A DNA stretch of 64,000 bases from the human T2T-CHM13v2.0 reference genome, Homo sapiens: assembly GCF_009914755.1 (NCBI RefSeq), contig NC_060947.1; one strand, given 5' to 3'. How positions within the stretch are numbered: position 1 is the first letter of the stretch; the number at the start of each line of letters is the position of its first letter. Positions 41,601 through 55,799 of this stretch are shown here, in pieces. The position numbers and the translations under genes are program-made. The notes under the pieces are model-generated. The model did no database searches, was not told the origin of the DNA, and was given only the letters and a program-made list of their open reading frames with translations.

Positions 41601-44314
41601 CACTGTTAGCCTGTTGTGGTCCCTTTATAGGTAATCTGCCCCTTCTTTCTACCTGTCTATAACATTTTTTCTTCATTTTGACCTTGGGGAATCTTATGAC
41701 TATGCATCTAAGGGATGGATTTCTTGTGTATTATTTCACAGAGTTCTCTGCATTTCCTGAATTTAAATGTTGGTTTCTGTAGTGAAGTTGTGGAAATTTT
41801 CATGGACAGTATCCTGAAATATGTTTTCCAAGTTGCCCGCTTTCTCACTATGTCTTTCAGGGACACCAGTGAGTCATAGAGTTGGTCTCTTTAGAAAATC
41901 CCATATTTCTCATAATTTTCATAGCTTTTGCACAGGTTTTTTTCTCATCTGTTTGGACATGTTTCCTTTAGTTGTGACACAATTTGAATGCAGTCAGTAG
42001 ACTTTTTTTTCCTGGATGTTTTCAGAGAGCTAAGTCTTTGTGCAGAGTCTTCATTTGTAGATGAATTCTTGCCCTTGGTTTCACATGGAGGTATATCAGC
42101 AAAGTATTTTTGGTGTTGAAGATTTCATGTGTGATCCTGTATGTGGCACTTAAGCATAATGAGCAGTAAGGGGGCTCTTACTCACCCACATGGCTCCTAT
42201 GTATTTTCTCACAAGGTATTTTCTCAGGAGCTCAGGCTTTATGTCCCACCCAACTCTCAAGCATGCAGACAGAAGGGGAAGGGACCTTAGCTGTGGTTAT
42301 GGCAGGAAGCCTTTCACTTATTTCTTGGAACTCCACCCCAGAGACATTCAGGGCTGCTATCAATCAATGTTATTGGTCTGGGATGGGGTGGCTGTGCTGT
42401 GAGCCCAAGCCAGGGGGGGCCTGCTTGGTAATGAGCAGAGGTGAAGGGTGGGTCATGGGGTAGACAGACTGCCTTTTTCTCCTTAGGGCAACTACAACTT
42501 GCTCGAGATGTGGTTAAAGCACTCAGGGTCTTTTCTCCTTTGCCCATCCAAAGGCAGCAAGGGCAGTACCACTGAAGTGGCAGTAAGAGAGGGGATTTGT
42601 GTTGCTTCTTGGAGCTCCACCTCAGGGAAATGTAAAGCCACTGCTACTGGAATTGTTCAGCTGGTGGTGGGATGGCTGCACTGCTCACAGGGAGGAGACT
42701 GAGCTACTCTACAGGTTGTGACTGTGGCATGCTGGGAGCAGAGTTGAAGCCCTGACTATTTATTTTTGCCCAAACAGAAGGCAGCAGGGGCAAAACTGCT
42801 GCTGTGGCAGTGGCAGAGGGGATGTTTATTGTCTTTTGGAACCCCTTCCCAGGAAATCTCAGAGCCACTACCAGTGGCTCTGAGCTCAGCTGTGGGTGGG
42901 TCTCAGCTGTGGGTGGGTCACCTGATCTGTGGTCCTGAACCAGGGCCCTGCCTGGTGAAGAGTTGTACGTGGGGGCTTCCAAGGAAGAGGGACTGGATCC
43001 CTCTCTGTATTGTGGCTGCAGTGTGCTGGAGGTGTCAGGATAATAACTAGGTCCTTTATTCCTTCCCTAGCCCAAAAGCAGTTAGGGTGGTACCACTGTA
43101 GCTACAATAGTGGAAGAGTTGTGGATTGTCCCTGGAATTTCCTCCTCAAAGAACTGCAGAACCACCTCCACTAAAGTGTTTGTGTGGGGGCAGAGTAGTT
43201 ATGCTGGAACCCGAGGTAAGGAGGCCCCACCCAGTAAGGAGAAACAGAACCAGGAAGTTGTGCAATAAAGTGTGGCCACTTTATTATGCAGGTGGCTGTG
43301 TAACAAAGGAGATCCATGAGGTGGCTGCATTTTTCTGGGGATCCATTCCTTGCCTCTAGTCACTGTGCACTCTCTGTAGTTTGAAGGCAACAGTAGCATG
43401 GGTTTCAAGAAAGCAGAAATGGAAGCTTGCCTCTCCCTGTGAGAGCTCTGTCCTGGGGAAATGCAGAGCTGCTACCAGCCTGAGAGCCCTGGGAAGGGAT
43501 AACTGAAGTCTTGGATTGAGAATTCTCACACATTGAAGAGAAGGAGGATCAGGAACCTGCATAAAAACCAGTCTGGCTGCTTTTTCTGTGGGATGGCTGC
43601 ATTGTGCTGGGTATCCCTGCCAGTCCGTAGTAACTGCACACTCTCTGGGGCCTGAAGGCAACAGTGGCAAAGGCTGCAAGACAGCAAAAATGGCAGTTTG
43701 CCTCTTCCTGTGAGAGCTCCATTCCCACAAGTGCAGAGTGGCTACTGGCTCAACAGCTCTGGTGGGTGGTGCATGGAGTCCCAGGCCAGTGGGCCTTATC
43801 TTGTGAAATGCAGTGGAAGTTAAGCCTGCAGCCCATCAATGTTCAACCTGCAGTCCATCAGTGTTCAACCTCCTGGGTTTGGCTCCTGTCTTGTGGTCAC
43901 GTGAGGGAGCGTGATCTCCCCCATTGCCAGAGCTGCAGCCACTAATGCTGGTATGTTTGGAGATTCAAGGCTTCCTGGACTCTGTGTGCACCTGAACAGT
44001 GTCTCTGCCCAGACTACATGTAGCTCTGCATGTCAGTCTGAAGGCCCCAGGGGAGTGGGCTCATTAGGGGATCTCCTGAGCCTAAGGTTGAAAAGGTTCA
44101 TGGAAGATGTATGAGTCTTGAGGGACTCTCACTCATTTACTATTTCCTCATGGTAAGAAAACCATGTCTCTTTGCCACTCTTAGGTTGGCAGTCATCCTG
44201 TCTCGCCCCTCTCCATTTTCTGTGTGTCAAATTTTTTCCTCAATGAATTTCAATGTGTCCACCTGGATATTTCAGTTGAAGATCTAGAATTTCCTCATGA
44301 CTTTTTCTTCTTTC

Positions 44315-47300
44315 TTTCTTTTTAATTTAATTTAAATTTAGTTTAATTTAATTTTAAGCTCTGGGATACATGTGCAGGACATGCAGGTTTGTTACAAAGT
44401 TAAAAGTGTGCCATGGTGGTTTGCTGCACCTATCAACTCATCACCTAGTTATTAAGCCCTGCATGTGTTAGCTATTTATCCTGATACTTTCCCTCTCCCT
44501 GCATCCCTGACAGGCCCCAGTGTGTGTTGTTCCCCTCCCTGTGTCCATGTGTTCTCATTGTTCAGCTCACACTTATAAGTGAGAACATACAGTGTTTGGT
44601 TTTGTTTGTGTGTTACTTTGTTGAAGATAGTGGCTTCCAGCCCCATCCATGTCCCTGCAAAGGACATGATCTCAATCATTTTTATGGCTGGATAGTATTG
44701 CATGGCGTATATGTGCCACATTTTCTTTATTCAGTCTATCATTGATGGGCATTTGGGTGGTTCCAAGTCTTTTCTATTGTGAATAGTGCTGCAGTGAACA
44801 TGCACGTACATGCATCTTTATAATAGAATGATTTATATTTCTTTGGGTATGTACCCAGTAATGAGATTGCTGGGTCAAATGGTATTTCTGTTTCTAGATC
44901 TTTGAGGAATTATCACACTGCCTTCCACAATGGTTGAACTAAATAACATTCCTAACAACAGTGTAAAAGTATTCCTATTACTCCACAGCCTTTCCAGCAT
45001 CTGTTGTTTCTTGACTTTTAAAAATCTTCATTCTGACTGGTGTGTAATGGTATCTCATTGTGATTTTGATTTGCATTTCTCTAATGATCAGTGACATTGA
45101 GCTGTTTTTTCATATTTGTTGGCCACATAAATGTCTTCTTTTAAGAAGTGTCTGTTCATATCCTTTGCACAGTTTTTTGATGGGGTTGTTTTCTTCTTGT
45201 AAATTTATTTAAGTTCCTTGTAGAATCTTGATATTAGACCTTTGTCAGATGGATAGATTGAAAAAATTTTCTCCCATTCTGTACATTGTCTGTTCACTCT
45301 GATGGTGGTTTCTTTTGCTGTTTAGAAGTTTTTAGTTGAGTGCCGACTCTCTTCTGGCTTGTAGGGTGTCTGCTGAGAGGTTCGCTGTTTGGTGGGTTTC
45401 CCTTTGTAGGTGACCTGGCCTTACTCTCTGGCTGTCCTTAATCTCATTTTCCTTCATTTTGACATTGGAGAATCTGATGATTATGTGTCTTGGGGTTGTT
45501 CTTCTCTTGGAGTATCTACTGGGGTTCTCTGGAATTCCTGAATTTGAATGCTGGCCTGTCTTGCTAGGTTGGGGAAGTTCTGGATTATATCCTGAAGTGT
45601 GTTTTTCAGCTTGGTTCCATTCTCCCAGTCTTTTCAGTACTTCAATCAGTCATACGTTCAGTCTTTTACATAGTTCCATAGTTCTTGGACATTTGGTTTA
45701 TTTCTTTTCATTTTTTTTCTCTAATCTTTTCTACCTACCTTATTTCAGCAAGATAGTCTTCAAGTTCTGCTATTCTTTCTTCTGCCTGATCAGTTCGGTT
45801 ATTCATACTTGTGTTTGTGTCTCAAAGTTCTCGAGCTATGTTTTTAAGCTCCATCAGTTCATTTATGTTTCTCCCTCAACTGACTATTCTAGTTAACAGC
45901 TCCTGTAACATTTTATCATTGTTCTTAGTTTCTTTGCATTGGGTTAGAACATGCTCCTTTAGCTCAGTGAAGTTTGTTATTACCCACATTCTGAAGCCTA
46001 TTTCTGTTAGTTCATTCATCTCATCCTCCGTCCAGTTCTGTGCCCTTGCTGGAGAGTTGTTGCAATTATTTGGAAGAGAAGTAGAACTCTGGCCATCTCA
46101 GTTTTCAGCAATTTTTTGTTGATTCTTTCTCATCTTTATGAGTTTGTCTAGTTTCAATCTTTGAGACTGCTTACCTTTAAATGGGGTTTTTGTGGGGACT
46201 TTCTTGTTGATGCTGTTATTGTTGTTTTCTGTTCATTTGTTTTTCTGTTAACAGTCAGGCCTCTTTTCTGTAGGGCTGCTGTAGTTTTCTGGGGGTTCAC
46301 TTCAGTCCCTATTCTCCTGGGTCCCACCCACACCTGGTTCCACCACAAGGAGGCTGGAGAGCAGCAAAGATTGTTGCCTGTGATTTCTGTCTTTGAAGGG
46401 CACCACCTGGATGCCAGCAGGAACACTCCTGCATAAGGTGTCTGGTGATAACCTCTGTTGGGGGTTCTCACTCAGTCAAGGGGCTTGGGATCCAAGACCT
46501 GCTTAATGAAGCACTCTGACTGACACTTGGTGGAGGGCGTGTGCTATGCTAGAGGGAAGCCCACTCATCTGGGCTGCCCAGGTTCCTCAGAGCCAGCAGG
46601 GGGAAATACTAAGTCTGCTGGTCTGTGGAGACCAAGGCCACCCCTCTTCCAAGGGGCTGAAGCCCAGGGATATCAGAGTTTTTTCCTAAGTCCCTGGCTG
46701 GAGTTGCCAAATATCCTGCAGGAAGGCCCCACCCAGTGAGAAGGGGTGGGTCAAGGTCTGGCCTAAAGAGGTGGTCTGGCCACAATCTGCCACAGCTGTG
46801 GTGCTGCACTGTGGGGAATTACTCTTGGGTCCAAGCCATCCAGTCTGTCTGGCACAAGCAGGGCAAAAACGGTGGACTGGAGCTGCAGTGATGGCTGACG
46901 CCGTTCCCTCCTGGGAGTTCAGTTGTCTTAGGGATCAAGCAGCCACAGTGACCATGGCCACCCCTCTTCTGGGAGCTCAGTTGTCTTAGACAGCAGGTAG
47001 GCACAGTGAAGGCTGCTGACTCTCCCTCAGGGAGCTCATTTGTCTTAGGCACAGGCAGCCATGGTGATGGCTGCTGCCCCTTCCTTAGGTGTCTAAGTCA
47101 CCCTAGGCAGCAGACAGCCACAGTGATGATGGCTACCCCTCCTCAGAGAGCTCAGTAGTCTTAGGCAGTTTCCAGCAAAGTGGCTGTTGAGAATGTGCGT
47201 GGCTCTGTTGTTGGGACCCAAGGTCCTCATGGCATGGGCTCATGAGTGGAATCTTCTGATCTGTGGGTTGCACAAATCCATGGAAAAAGCACAGTTTCCC

Positions 47301-47560
47301 AGGTGGGGTAGCACTATTATTCATTGCCTTCCTTGTCTGTGGGTGGGGCGGTCCCCTTGGCCCATGTGGCTCTCAAGTGGGCAATTGAACCACCTTGCTT
47401 TTCCTTGCTCTCTGTGGGTCACACCAACAGCCTAGTCAGTCCAGATGTCAGAACCTGGATACCTCGGTTGCTGGTGCAGGATTCCTACACTCTTTTGGTT
47501 CTTCTCAGTGAGAGCCTTCGACAGCAGCTGTTTCTAGTTGACTGTCTTGGCCTTGCCCCT
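44315..47560 (-). mobile_element. L1PA8A/10-like element, both ends intact, large internal deletion
   Basis: Poly-T and L1PA 3' UTR from 44315; ORF2-to-ORF1 junction at ~45340; 5' end at 47560. Perfect 17-bp TSD tgactttttcttctttc at 44298-44314 and 47561-47577, followed by AA. Confidence 0.92.
46880..47170 (-). repeat. ~58-60-bp tandem repeat (5 units) in the L1 5' UTR
   Basis: Recurring gggagctcagttgtcttag...cagccacagtgatggct units. Confidence 0.8.
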
Positions 47561-47634
47561 TGACTTTTTCTTCTTTCAATGAGAGAACCACACACTAGCT
47601 GCTTGTAGTCAGCCATCTTTTTCCTCCACCCCCA

Positions 47635-50600
47635 ATAGTTTCATAATACAAAATCAACATACAAAAACCAGTTACAGTTCTATACACTAAAAACAAAGCA
47701 TCTGGAAAGAAAATTAGGAAAACAATTCAATTCAAATTAGCACCCCTTACAAAAATGTAAGTAAGACTAGGAATAAACAAAGAGACAAAAGACATCTATA
47801 TTAAATAATTTAAAAAATGATAAACTAAATTAAACAAGACCACATACATTAAAAAATCTTGTGTTAATTAATTGGGGGACAATGTTGTTAAAATGTTCAT
47901 ACTATTGAAAGTGATCTACAAATTTAATGCAATTTTATGATAATCAAATTGGTACTCTTTACAAAAATAAAAATGTATATATAAAATTTATTTGAAAACA
48001 CAAAGGGCCACACTTAGCCAAATCAATCTTCAGTAAACAAAAGTTAAATGTATCACATTTTATGATGTCAAAATATGTTGTAACACTATAGCTGTTAAAA
48101 GAGTATGGCATAAAATAAGATAGATAGACCAATGGAACAAAACAGGGCTCAGAAAAAAAAGAATTCATACATGTATGGTCAATGGATCTTTTATAAGTCT
48201 GCCAAGAAAATACAATGAAAAATGATAGTCTCTTCAACAAATGCCATTGGAAAAACTTCCCCCACACATGTGAAAGAAAAAACTTAATCTTTATTTTACA
48301 TCATAATAAAAAATTAACTCAATATGGAAACTGTAAAAGTTTTAAAACACATTAAAATCATTTTTAACGGTCTTGGCAATGATTTCTCAGCTATGGCATG
48401 AAAAGTATAGACAACAAAACCAAAAATGAACAAGTGAAACTACATAAAACCAAAAACTTCTGTACAGCAAAGGGAACAATCAACAGAGTGAAGATGCAAC
48501 CTACAGAATGAGATGTATTTGGAAACAATATATTTGATAAGAGATAAACTCAAAAAAAATAAGGAACATCTATAATTCAATAGCAAAAAAACTCTAATAT
48601 TTTGATTTTTAAAAGGGGCTAAGAACATAGGTAGATATTTGTCTAGAGAAGACATGCAAATGGCCAATAGATATATTTTTAAATGCTTACTCACACTAAT
48701 CATCAGAACAATGCAAATTAAAACGACTATGCAATATCACCTTGCAACTTTCAGAATGGCTGCTACCAAAAAAAGTAAAAGACAACAAGTGTTGGTGATG
48801 ATGTGAAAAAAATGGAAGTTTGGTACACTGTACATGGGACTGCAAAATGGTACAGCTGATAAATAAAACAGTTTGCAACTTTCTCAAAAAATTTAAAATA
48901 AAACTAACATACTATTTGTCAATCCCACTTCTAAGCATTCATCCAAAAGAATAGAAATTATAATCTCAAGAAGGTATTATTACCCTTATATCCATTGTAA
49001 TTATATTCACAGTAGCTAATATGTGGAAACAAACAAGTATTTATTGACAAATTATTCCATCAATAAAATGTGGTGTATACATACACAATAGAATACAATT
49101 TTCCTTTAAAAAATGTAAATTCTGAAATATGTAACAACATTTTAAATGCTGCTAAGAGCTATGGTGTATTTTTTCCCTCTAAAACTCATGTTGACATTTA
49201 ATTCCCAATTTGGCAGTATTGGGAGATGGGGCCTTTAACAGGTGTTTGAATCAAGAGGGCTCTGCCCCTATATATGGATTAGTCTTAATGGATTAATAAA
49301 TTAAGAGATTAATGAGAGATTCAATTAATAAGTTATCATGGGAGTAAATGTGTTGCTTTATAAGAAGAGGAAAAACCTGAGTTGGCACACTCAGATCCCC
49401 AGCCCTGTGATTCCCTCTGCCACCTTGGGACTCTGCAGAGAGGCCACAACAGCAAGAAGGCCTTCATTTGATCTGGCTCCTTGATCTTTAACTTTGCAGC
49501 CCCAAAAGCAGTAAAAATTAATTTTATTTCTTTATAACTCATCCAGTTATAGGTATTTTGTCATAAGCAACAGAAAATAGACCAAGACAAAAATTGGTAC
49601 CAAGGGGTGAGGTTTTACTGATAATAAATATTCAAAAGTGTGGGAGTAGATTTGAAAATGAGCAATTGACACATGCTAGAAGAATTTAGAGAAAAAGGCT
49701 AGAAAAAGCCCAGATTCTGGTGAGGATGTAGAAGACAAAAAGACAAGAAAAAATTTAAACCTTTTTAGAGCTTTTTTAAGTGGTCATGTCCAGAATGCTG
49801 ATAGATGTAGAAAGGTAAAGGCCATTCAGATGACGTTTTAGATAGAACTGAAGAGTAAGGAACGGAAATTGAAGTAAAGGCCATCCTTCTCATAAATTGG
49901 CAAATGTCTTGGATGAATTTTGTCCATGCCCAAGGGCTTTGTGGAAGGCTGAACTTGTGAGTGATATGGCAGGATATTTTGCAGAAGAAATTTCTACACA
50001 AAATATAGAAGGAGGTTCTTGGATAATTTTGGCCACTCACAGTGATATTCTGAAGAAAAAGAACAATTTAAAAACAGCATTCATAATTAAAAGGAAAACA
50101 GAGTAAACTTATTTGGAAAATTCTTAGCCTGGCCACAAAAGTGGCCAGTACAAAAATGTGTCCAGGAGAGAAAACCAAGGGTGTAGCCCAATCGCCATTT
50201 TCTAAATAAACACACATAGAAAAGAGCTAGGTGCTATTCCTCAAGACAATGGAAGAAAAAAGCATTTCAGATATTTTCAAGGCTGCCACTTTCATCATGG
50301 AATCAAACACCTAGAAGGGCAGACTGGTTTCAGGTTTCAGGCAGCAGGCCTGGACACTCTCCATGGGCTCACTACTAAGAGTCACCTTAGAACACTGGTC
50401 CCCACACACCATTGCAGTGTTTCATAGCCAGCCGAAATCATGGCTCAAGAGGTGTTAAGTGCATCTCATGCTTCAGATCCAGGAATAACAAGTAATAAAC
50501 CTTGGCAACATCCACATGGTGATAGTTCTTCAGATTTGAAGAAAGAAAGACATGAAAAGGGTTGACAGCCTCTACCACATGTCAAAGGATGTTGTCAAAA

Positions 50601-51115
50601 TCCAAGGCATCCAGATAGAGATTTTTCAGAGAGAGCCCCCAAAAGAGCAAAGATAAGCAGAGATGTGAGGTTTCAGCTTCGGCAGAACGTTCCCAGCAGG
50701 AAGAAGGTTCTCATCAGATGGGACCCCTTGACCTTGAACTTCTCAGTCTCTATAACTATAAAAAATAAATTCCTTTTTGCTATAGATTACCCACTGTGTT
50801 TCAAGTATTTTGTTGTAAGCAACAGAGAGTGGACTAAGACAAATGCATGCTTCCGCTTATATGAGATATCTAAATAGGCAAATTTCTGGAATCAAAAGTG
50901 AAATGGTGATTGCCATGGGCCTGGAGTGGGGTATGTAATGACTAGTTACTAATCAATAGGTATAAAGTTTTAGTAAAGTAAGATGAACAATCTCTAGAGA
51001 TTTGCTATATATTATTGCACCTATAGTCAAGAATAATGTATTGCACACTTAAAAATTTAAGAGTAGATCTCATATTAAGCATTTTTAACATAATATACAG
51101 AAATAAAATAAATAG
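47635..51115 (+). mobile_element. L1MA10-like ORF2 3' part and 3' UTR, interrupted by an MST element
   Basis: aaaatcaacatacaaaaacc at the start; 3' UTR ctaatcaataggtataaag...gtagatctcatattaag; A-rich tail. Confidence 0.75.
49150..50841 (+). mobile_element. MaLR MST (MSTB2/MSTC-like) element: 5' LTR 49150-49589, internal region, partial 3' LTR ~50690-50841
   Basis: LTR ends accaagaca and ggactaagaca; internal region starts aaaattggtacc; 5-bp TSD AATGC at 49145-49149 and 50842-50846. Confidence 0.9.
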
Positions 51116-51710
51116 TAGCCAATAACTTCTCAAAATTCCTGGCAGAAACCAAAGCAAATGTGCGGAAGCTCAGAAAACACCAAGCAGAATAAATACCAAT
51201 AACACTAAACCTAGACATATAATGTTCAACTTCTTAAAACCAAAGACAAAGGAAAAAATGGGAGATAATTGAGAGAGAAAGTTTGTGCTTACATTTTGAG
51301 TAACACCAATAAGAGTTACAGTGGAATTCTCCTTGGAAATTGTGAAAGGAATAATAAAATGGGGTGGCCGCTTTAAAGTTTCTGTAGGAAAAAAAGTCAA
51401 ACCAAATTACGTATTTGGGAAAAATATTAGTCAAAAATAGAAATAAATACTTTGCCAAAAAAAGGAAATAATTTCTTGTTAGAAGGGCTTCTATACAAGA
51501 AATTTTGTAGAAAATTCTTCAAAAAGAAGAAACGTGATACAGTAGTGAAGACTAAATATGCATAAAAAATTCTGAGAAGTGGAATAAATTAAAGTTAAAT
51601 AATTATTTTTCATTTTTCAAGTTTTTCAAGTTGACAGTTACCTATTTGAGGCAATGAAAGTAGCAAAGTAATGGTTGTTTATGGAATAAATAAAAGTGAA
51701 AATATAAGAA
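51116..51710 (+). mobile_element. Old L1M ORF1 fragment (likely continuation of 36821-38640)
   Basis: gaagctcagaaaacaccaagcagaataaatacc...cctagacatataatgttcaac. Confidence 0.65.
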
Positions 51711-51717
51711 GAAATGG

Positions 51718-54303
51718 AGAAAACCTGGCAAGATGACCGACTAGACACAACCAGTGGAGCAGCTGTCACCAAGGGACTGATATGACTGACACACTCCTAA
51801 CAGAACTTCAGAGGAAAGACACTGAAGGAAGATACATAAGCCAGGCTGAAGAGTCAGCTAGCTGAGAACCCTGTGCCTGGAACTCATCCCTGGTCTCTAA
51901 CAACTGTGGGGAATGGATGCTCTTTGGGCCCACATCATAGCTTTTGTGCTGATGGACTGCCCCTGACTGTTGGAGAGCTTCAGTGGGTCGGCCCCCGCAG
52001 TCATACACAAGCCCACTCACTCTCTACCCCTCTGAAGCTTCCTTCAACCCCATGGCCATCACCAACATCACTTTGCTGGCATATGTATGCACAGGTGGAT
52101 CATGCCCTACCTGCCCCACCAGAATGTACACAGGCATGCACCCTGCCCTGCCACTGCCACCAGTGTAAGTGCAATCCACCCCCCTCCCTCACTGTACTGC
52201 CATTGCAGTCAGAGCCTTGGTGGCCACAGAGCCTGCTGACCTTGCCCCCAATGGCACCCCACTCCTGCACCAACACTGCTGCTGGGGGTGAAACTAAGCA
52301 AGAAGAACAGCTGATCCTTCCCCATCCTGCATGGCCTCCTCTATCTGTGTAAACATGCACAGAGGGTGAACACCACCCCGTGCCCACCAGCACCCCACTC
52401 ACATGCTAACACTACCACCAGGACAAATTACATGCAGTCATGAGTAGCAGACCCCCCCACACACCCTTGCACTGTGCTATGTCTGTTACTGTTGCAAATA
52501 TTCTCACAAAGGTGAGCAAGCTTTCACCTGCTAACATCCTGCCACAGCAAACAAGCATACAGCCCACCATGCTGCTACTGTTGCTGTTGCTAGAAGGCAT
52601 GAATAAAGATGGATTCCACTGCCACAGCCCTATTAAATGCTTTGGCTGACACCACCCATCAGAGTGCTTGGACCAGTGGTCCAGTCACACCTAAGACCCA
52701 CAAGTGCACCGAATTCCTAAATTTGAGAAGACAAAGAACTACATTGGGCTCCAATATTTATCTTCCAGAGTTACCGCACACAGTATAAAAGTTGTGAGCT
52801 GAGCTTTTGCTCCTTAAAATAGTCCAGAAATGAAGCCAGTTAACTGAACCTAGCTTATAACACAAACCCTCAAGGCCATCAAATAGGATTTAAAAAAATC
52901 CAAAAGACAGCAACTTCAAAGACTAAAATAACACCAGCCCACAAAATGAGAAAGAGCCAGCACAAGAACTCTTGACAACTTTAAAAGCCAAAGTGTCTTC
53001 TTTCTTCCAAATGACCCACTAACTTTTCAGCAAGTGTTCTGAACCAGGCTGAGATGATTAAAATGATAGAAATAACGTTTCCAAACATGAGAATGAATGA
53101 AGATGATCGAGATGCAGCAGTATGTTAAAATCCATTCCAAGGAAGCTAAAAATTATAATAAAATGATAAATGATATGACAGACAAAATAGCCAGTATAGA
53201 AAAGAATGTAACTGACCTGATAGAGATGAAAAACACACTATAATAATTTCAAAATGCAAGTATTAATAGCAGAATAGACCAAGCCAAAAAATATTAGAGT
53301 TGAAAGACTGGTTTTCTTAAATAAAACAGTATCAAATGAAGAGAAAAAATAAATAATACTGCCTAGAAGTATGGGATTATTTAAAGAGACCAAATATATG
53401 ACTCATTGGTGTCTCTGGAAGAGATGGGGAGTGGAAGCAACTTGGAGGACATATTTTAGGTTATCATATATGAGAACTTTTCCAACCTAGCTAGAGCAGC
53501 CAACATTCAAATTAGAAGCCGAGTTACATATTTCAGAAAAAGATTATCACCAAGACACATACTGATATAATTGTACAATATCAAAATGAGAAAATATTAA
53601 AGGCAGCTAGAAAGGTCAGGTCACCCACAAAAAGAAGCCCATCAGAGAAACAATGAATCTCTTAGCAGAAACTCTACAAGCCAGAGATATTGAGGGCCAA
53701 CATTTAACATTCTTAAAGAAACAAAGTTCCAACCACGAATTTTATATCTGGCCAAACTAAGCTTTATAAGCAAAGGAGAAATAAGATCATTTTCAGACAA
53801 GCAAATACTGAAATAATTTGCTGTCACCAGACACGCCTTACAAGAACCCAGAAGGAAGCACTAAATATTAAAATACCATACCAGCCACTACATAAACATA
53901 CTTAAGTACACAAACCAGTGACACTATAAAGCAACCACACAAGTAAGTCTATATAACAACCAGGTAACATCATGATGACAGGATCGAATTTACATTTATC
54001 AATACTACCATTTATTGAAAATGGGCTAAAGGCCCCAATTAAAAGGCACAAAGTAGTAAGCTGTATAGAGAACCAAGATCCAATGACATACTGTCTTCAA
54101 GAAACCCATCTCACATGCAACAACACATTTAGGCTCAGAATAGAGAGATGGAAAAAAAAACTACCAAGAAAATGAAAAAAAAAAAAAAGGAGGAGTTGCA
54201 TTATTAAACAACGAAGACCAAAAAAGACAAAAAGAAAGGTATTTCATAATGGTAAAGGGTCCAGATCAACAAGAAGACCTAACTATCTTAAATATATATA
54301 CAC
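51718..54303 (+). mobile_element. L1P4-type (L1PA15-17 age) 5' UTR, ORF1 and start of ORF2; 3'-truncated
   Basis: 5' end ggcaagatgaccgactagac; ORF1 from ~52945; ORF 53972..54175 = ORF2 N-terminus (MMTGSN...CLQETHL). Confidence 0.85.
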
Positions 54304-55724
54304 TGTATTAGTCTGTTCTCACATTGCTAGAAAGAACTACCTGAGACTGGGAAATTTATAAAGAAAAGAAGTTTGATTTGCTCATGGCTCTGCAGGCTGT
54401 GTAGGAAGCAAGATATCAGGAAACTTAAAATTATGGTGAATGTTGAAAGGGAAGTAGGCACAACCTACATGTCTAGAGCAAGAGGAAGAGAGCAAAGAAG
54501 AAGGTGCTACACACTTTTAAATGACTAGACTAGATATCGAGAGAACTCACTCACCATGATGAGTAAAGCATGTAGGAAATCCACTCCCATGACTCAAATA
54601 CCTCATCCTAGGCCACTCCTCCAGCACTGGGGATTACAATTCAACATGAGATTTGGGCAGGGACACAAACCCAAACCTTATCATTCTGCCCCTAGCCCCT
54701 CTCAAATATCATGTCATTCTCCCATTGCAAAATGCAATAATTCCTTCTCAATAGTCTCTAAAGTCTTAACTCCTTTTAGCATTAATTCAAAATTCCACAG
54801 TTCAAAGCCTCATTTGAGATGAGGCAAGTCCCTTCCATCTATAAGCCTGTAAAATTAAAAACAAGTTAGCTACTTCCAAGATACAATGGGGGTTCAGAAA
54901 TTGGGTAAATACACTTGTTCCAAAAGGGATAAATCAGCACAAACAAAGGGGCTACAGGGCCCATGTGAGTTTTAAAGCCAGCATGGCATTAATTACATCT
55001 TAAAGTTCCAGAATAATCCCGTTTAACTCCATGTCTCACATCCAGGCAACACTGATGCAAGGAGTGGGCGACCAAGGACTTGGGCAGCCCTGCGCCTGTA
55101 GCTATGCAAGGTACAGTCCTCGTAGTTGTTTTCCCAGCCCAGCATTGAGAACCTGTGATTTTTCAGGTGCATGGTGCAAGCTGTTGGTTGATCAACGATT
55201 CTGAGTTCTGTAGGACACTGGACATCTTCTCACAGCTCCATTAGGGAGTGCCCCAGTGAGAATTCTGTGTGAGGGCTCCAACCTTATATTTTTTCCCATG
55301 CACTGTCCTCATAGAGGTTGTCCATGAGGGCTCTGCCCCTGCAGCAGACTTCTGCTTGGACATCCAGGCATTTTTCACACATCCTCTGAAATCTATGCAG
55401 AAGTTCCCGATACTCAGCTCTTGCCCTTTGTGTACCCACAGGCTTAACACCACGTGGAAACTGCTAAGGCAGATTGCACATTCTGGAACAGTGGCCTGGA
55501 CTATAATTGGGGGTCGTTTAGCCACACCTGGAGATGGAGTGGCTGGGAGGCAGGAAGCAGTAGTTTTCCAAGGTTGTGAAGGGCAGCCAGCCCCTGGGCC
55601 TGGCCTATGAAACCATACTTTACTCCTAAGTTACCAGGCTTGCTATGGGTAGGGCTGCTGTGGAGGTCTCTGAAATGTCTTTGAGGCATTTCCCTCAATG
55701 TCTTGGCTATTAAGATTTGACTCC
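54304..55724 (-). mobile_element. MSTA LTR (54304-54683) plus partial internal sequence
   Basis: tgtattagtctgttctcacattgct...caaaccttatca followed by MaLR-internal ttctgcccctagcccc; second LTR not seen. Confidence 0.88.
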
Positions 55725-55799
55725 GCAGGGGGGAGAGAAAGAGAGAGCGAGAGAGGACAGAAAGAGAATTCTTAAAAAACTCTAAATGGATAAAATGAT

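Larger units (their letters stand above)
38641..47632 (-). mobile_element. L1PA16-like element (5' UTR, ORF1, most of ORF2; 3'-truncated), split by an L1PA10-like insertion
   Basis: ORF2 fragments 38832..39233 ([14 protein letters not shown]) and 39521..39787. ORF1 ~41400-41920; 5' UTR 41920-44314. The extreme 5' end (ctagctgcttgtagtcagccatctt) lies at 47578-47632. Confidence 0.85.

Noticed and set aside
50129-50148. 8-bp-arm palindrome ctggccac-aaaa-gtggccag
   Set aside because: Arms of this length are expected by chance in 64 kb
51873-52649. Pro/Cys-rich 159-aa ORF and neighbours
   Set aside because: Within the C-rich 5' UTR of the L1P4 element; no domain similarity recognised
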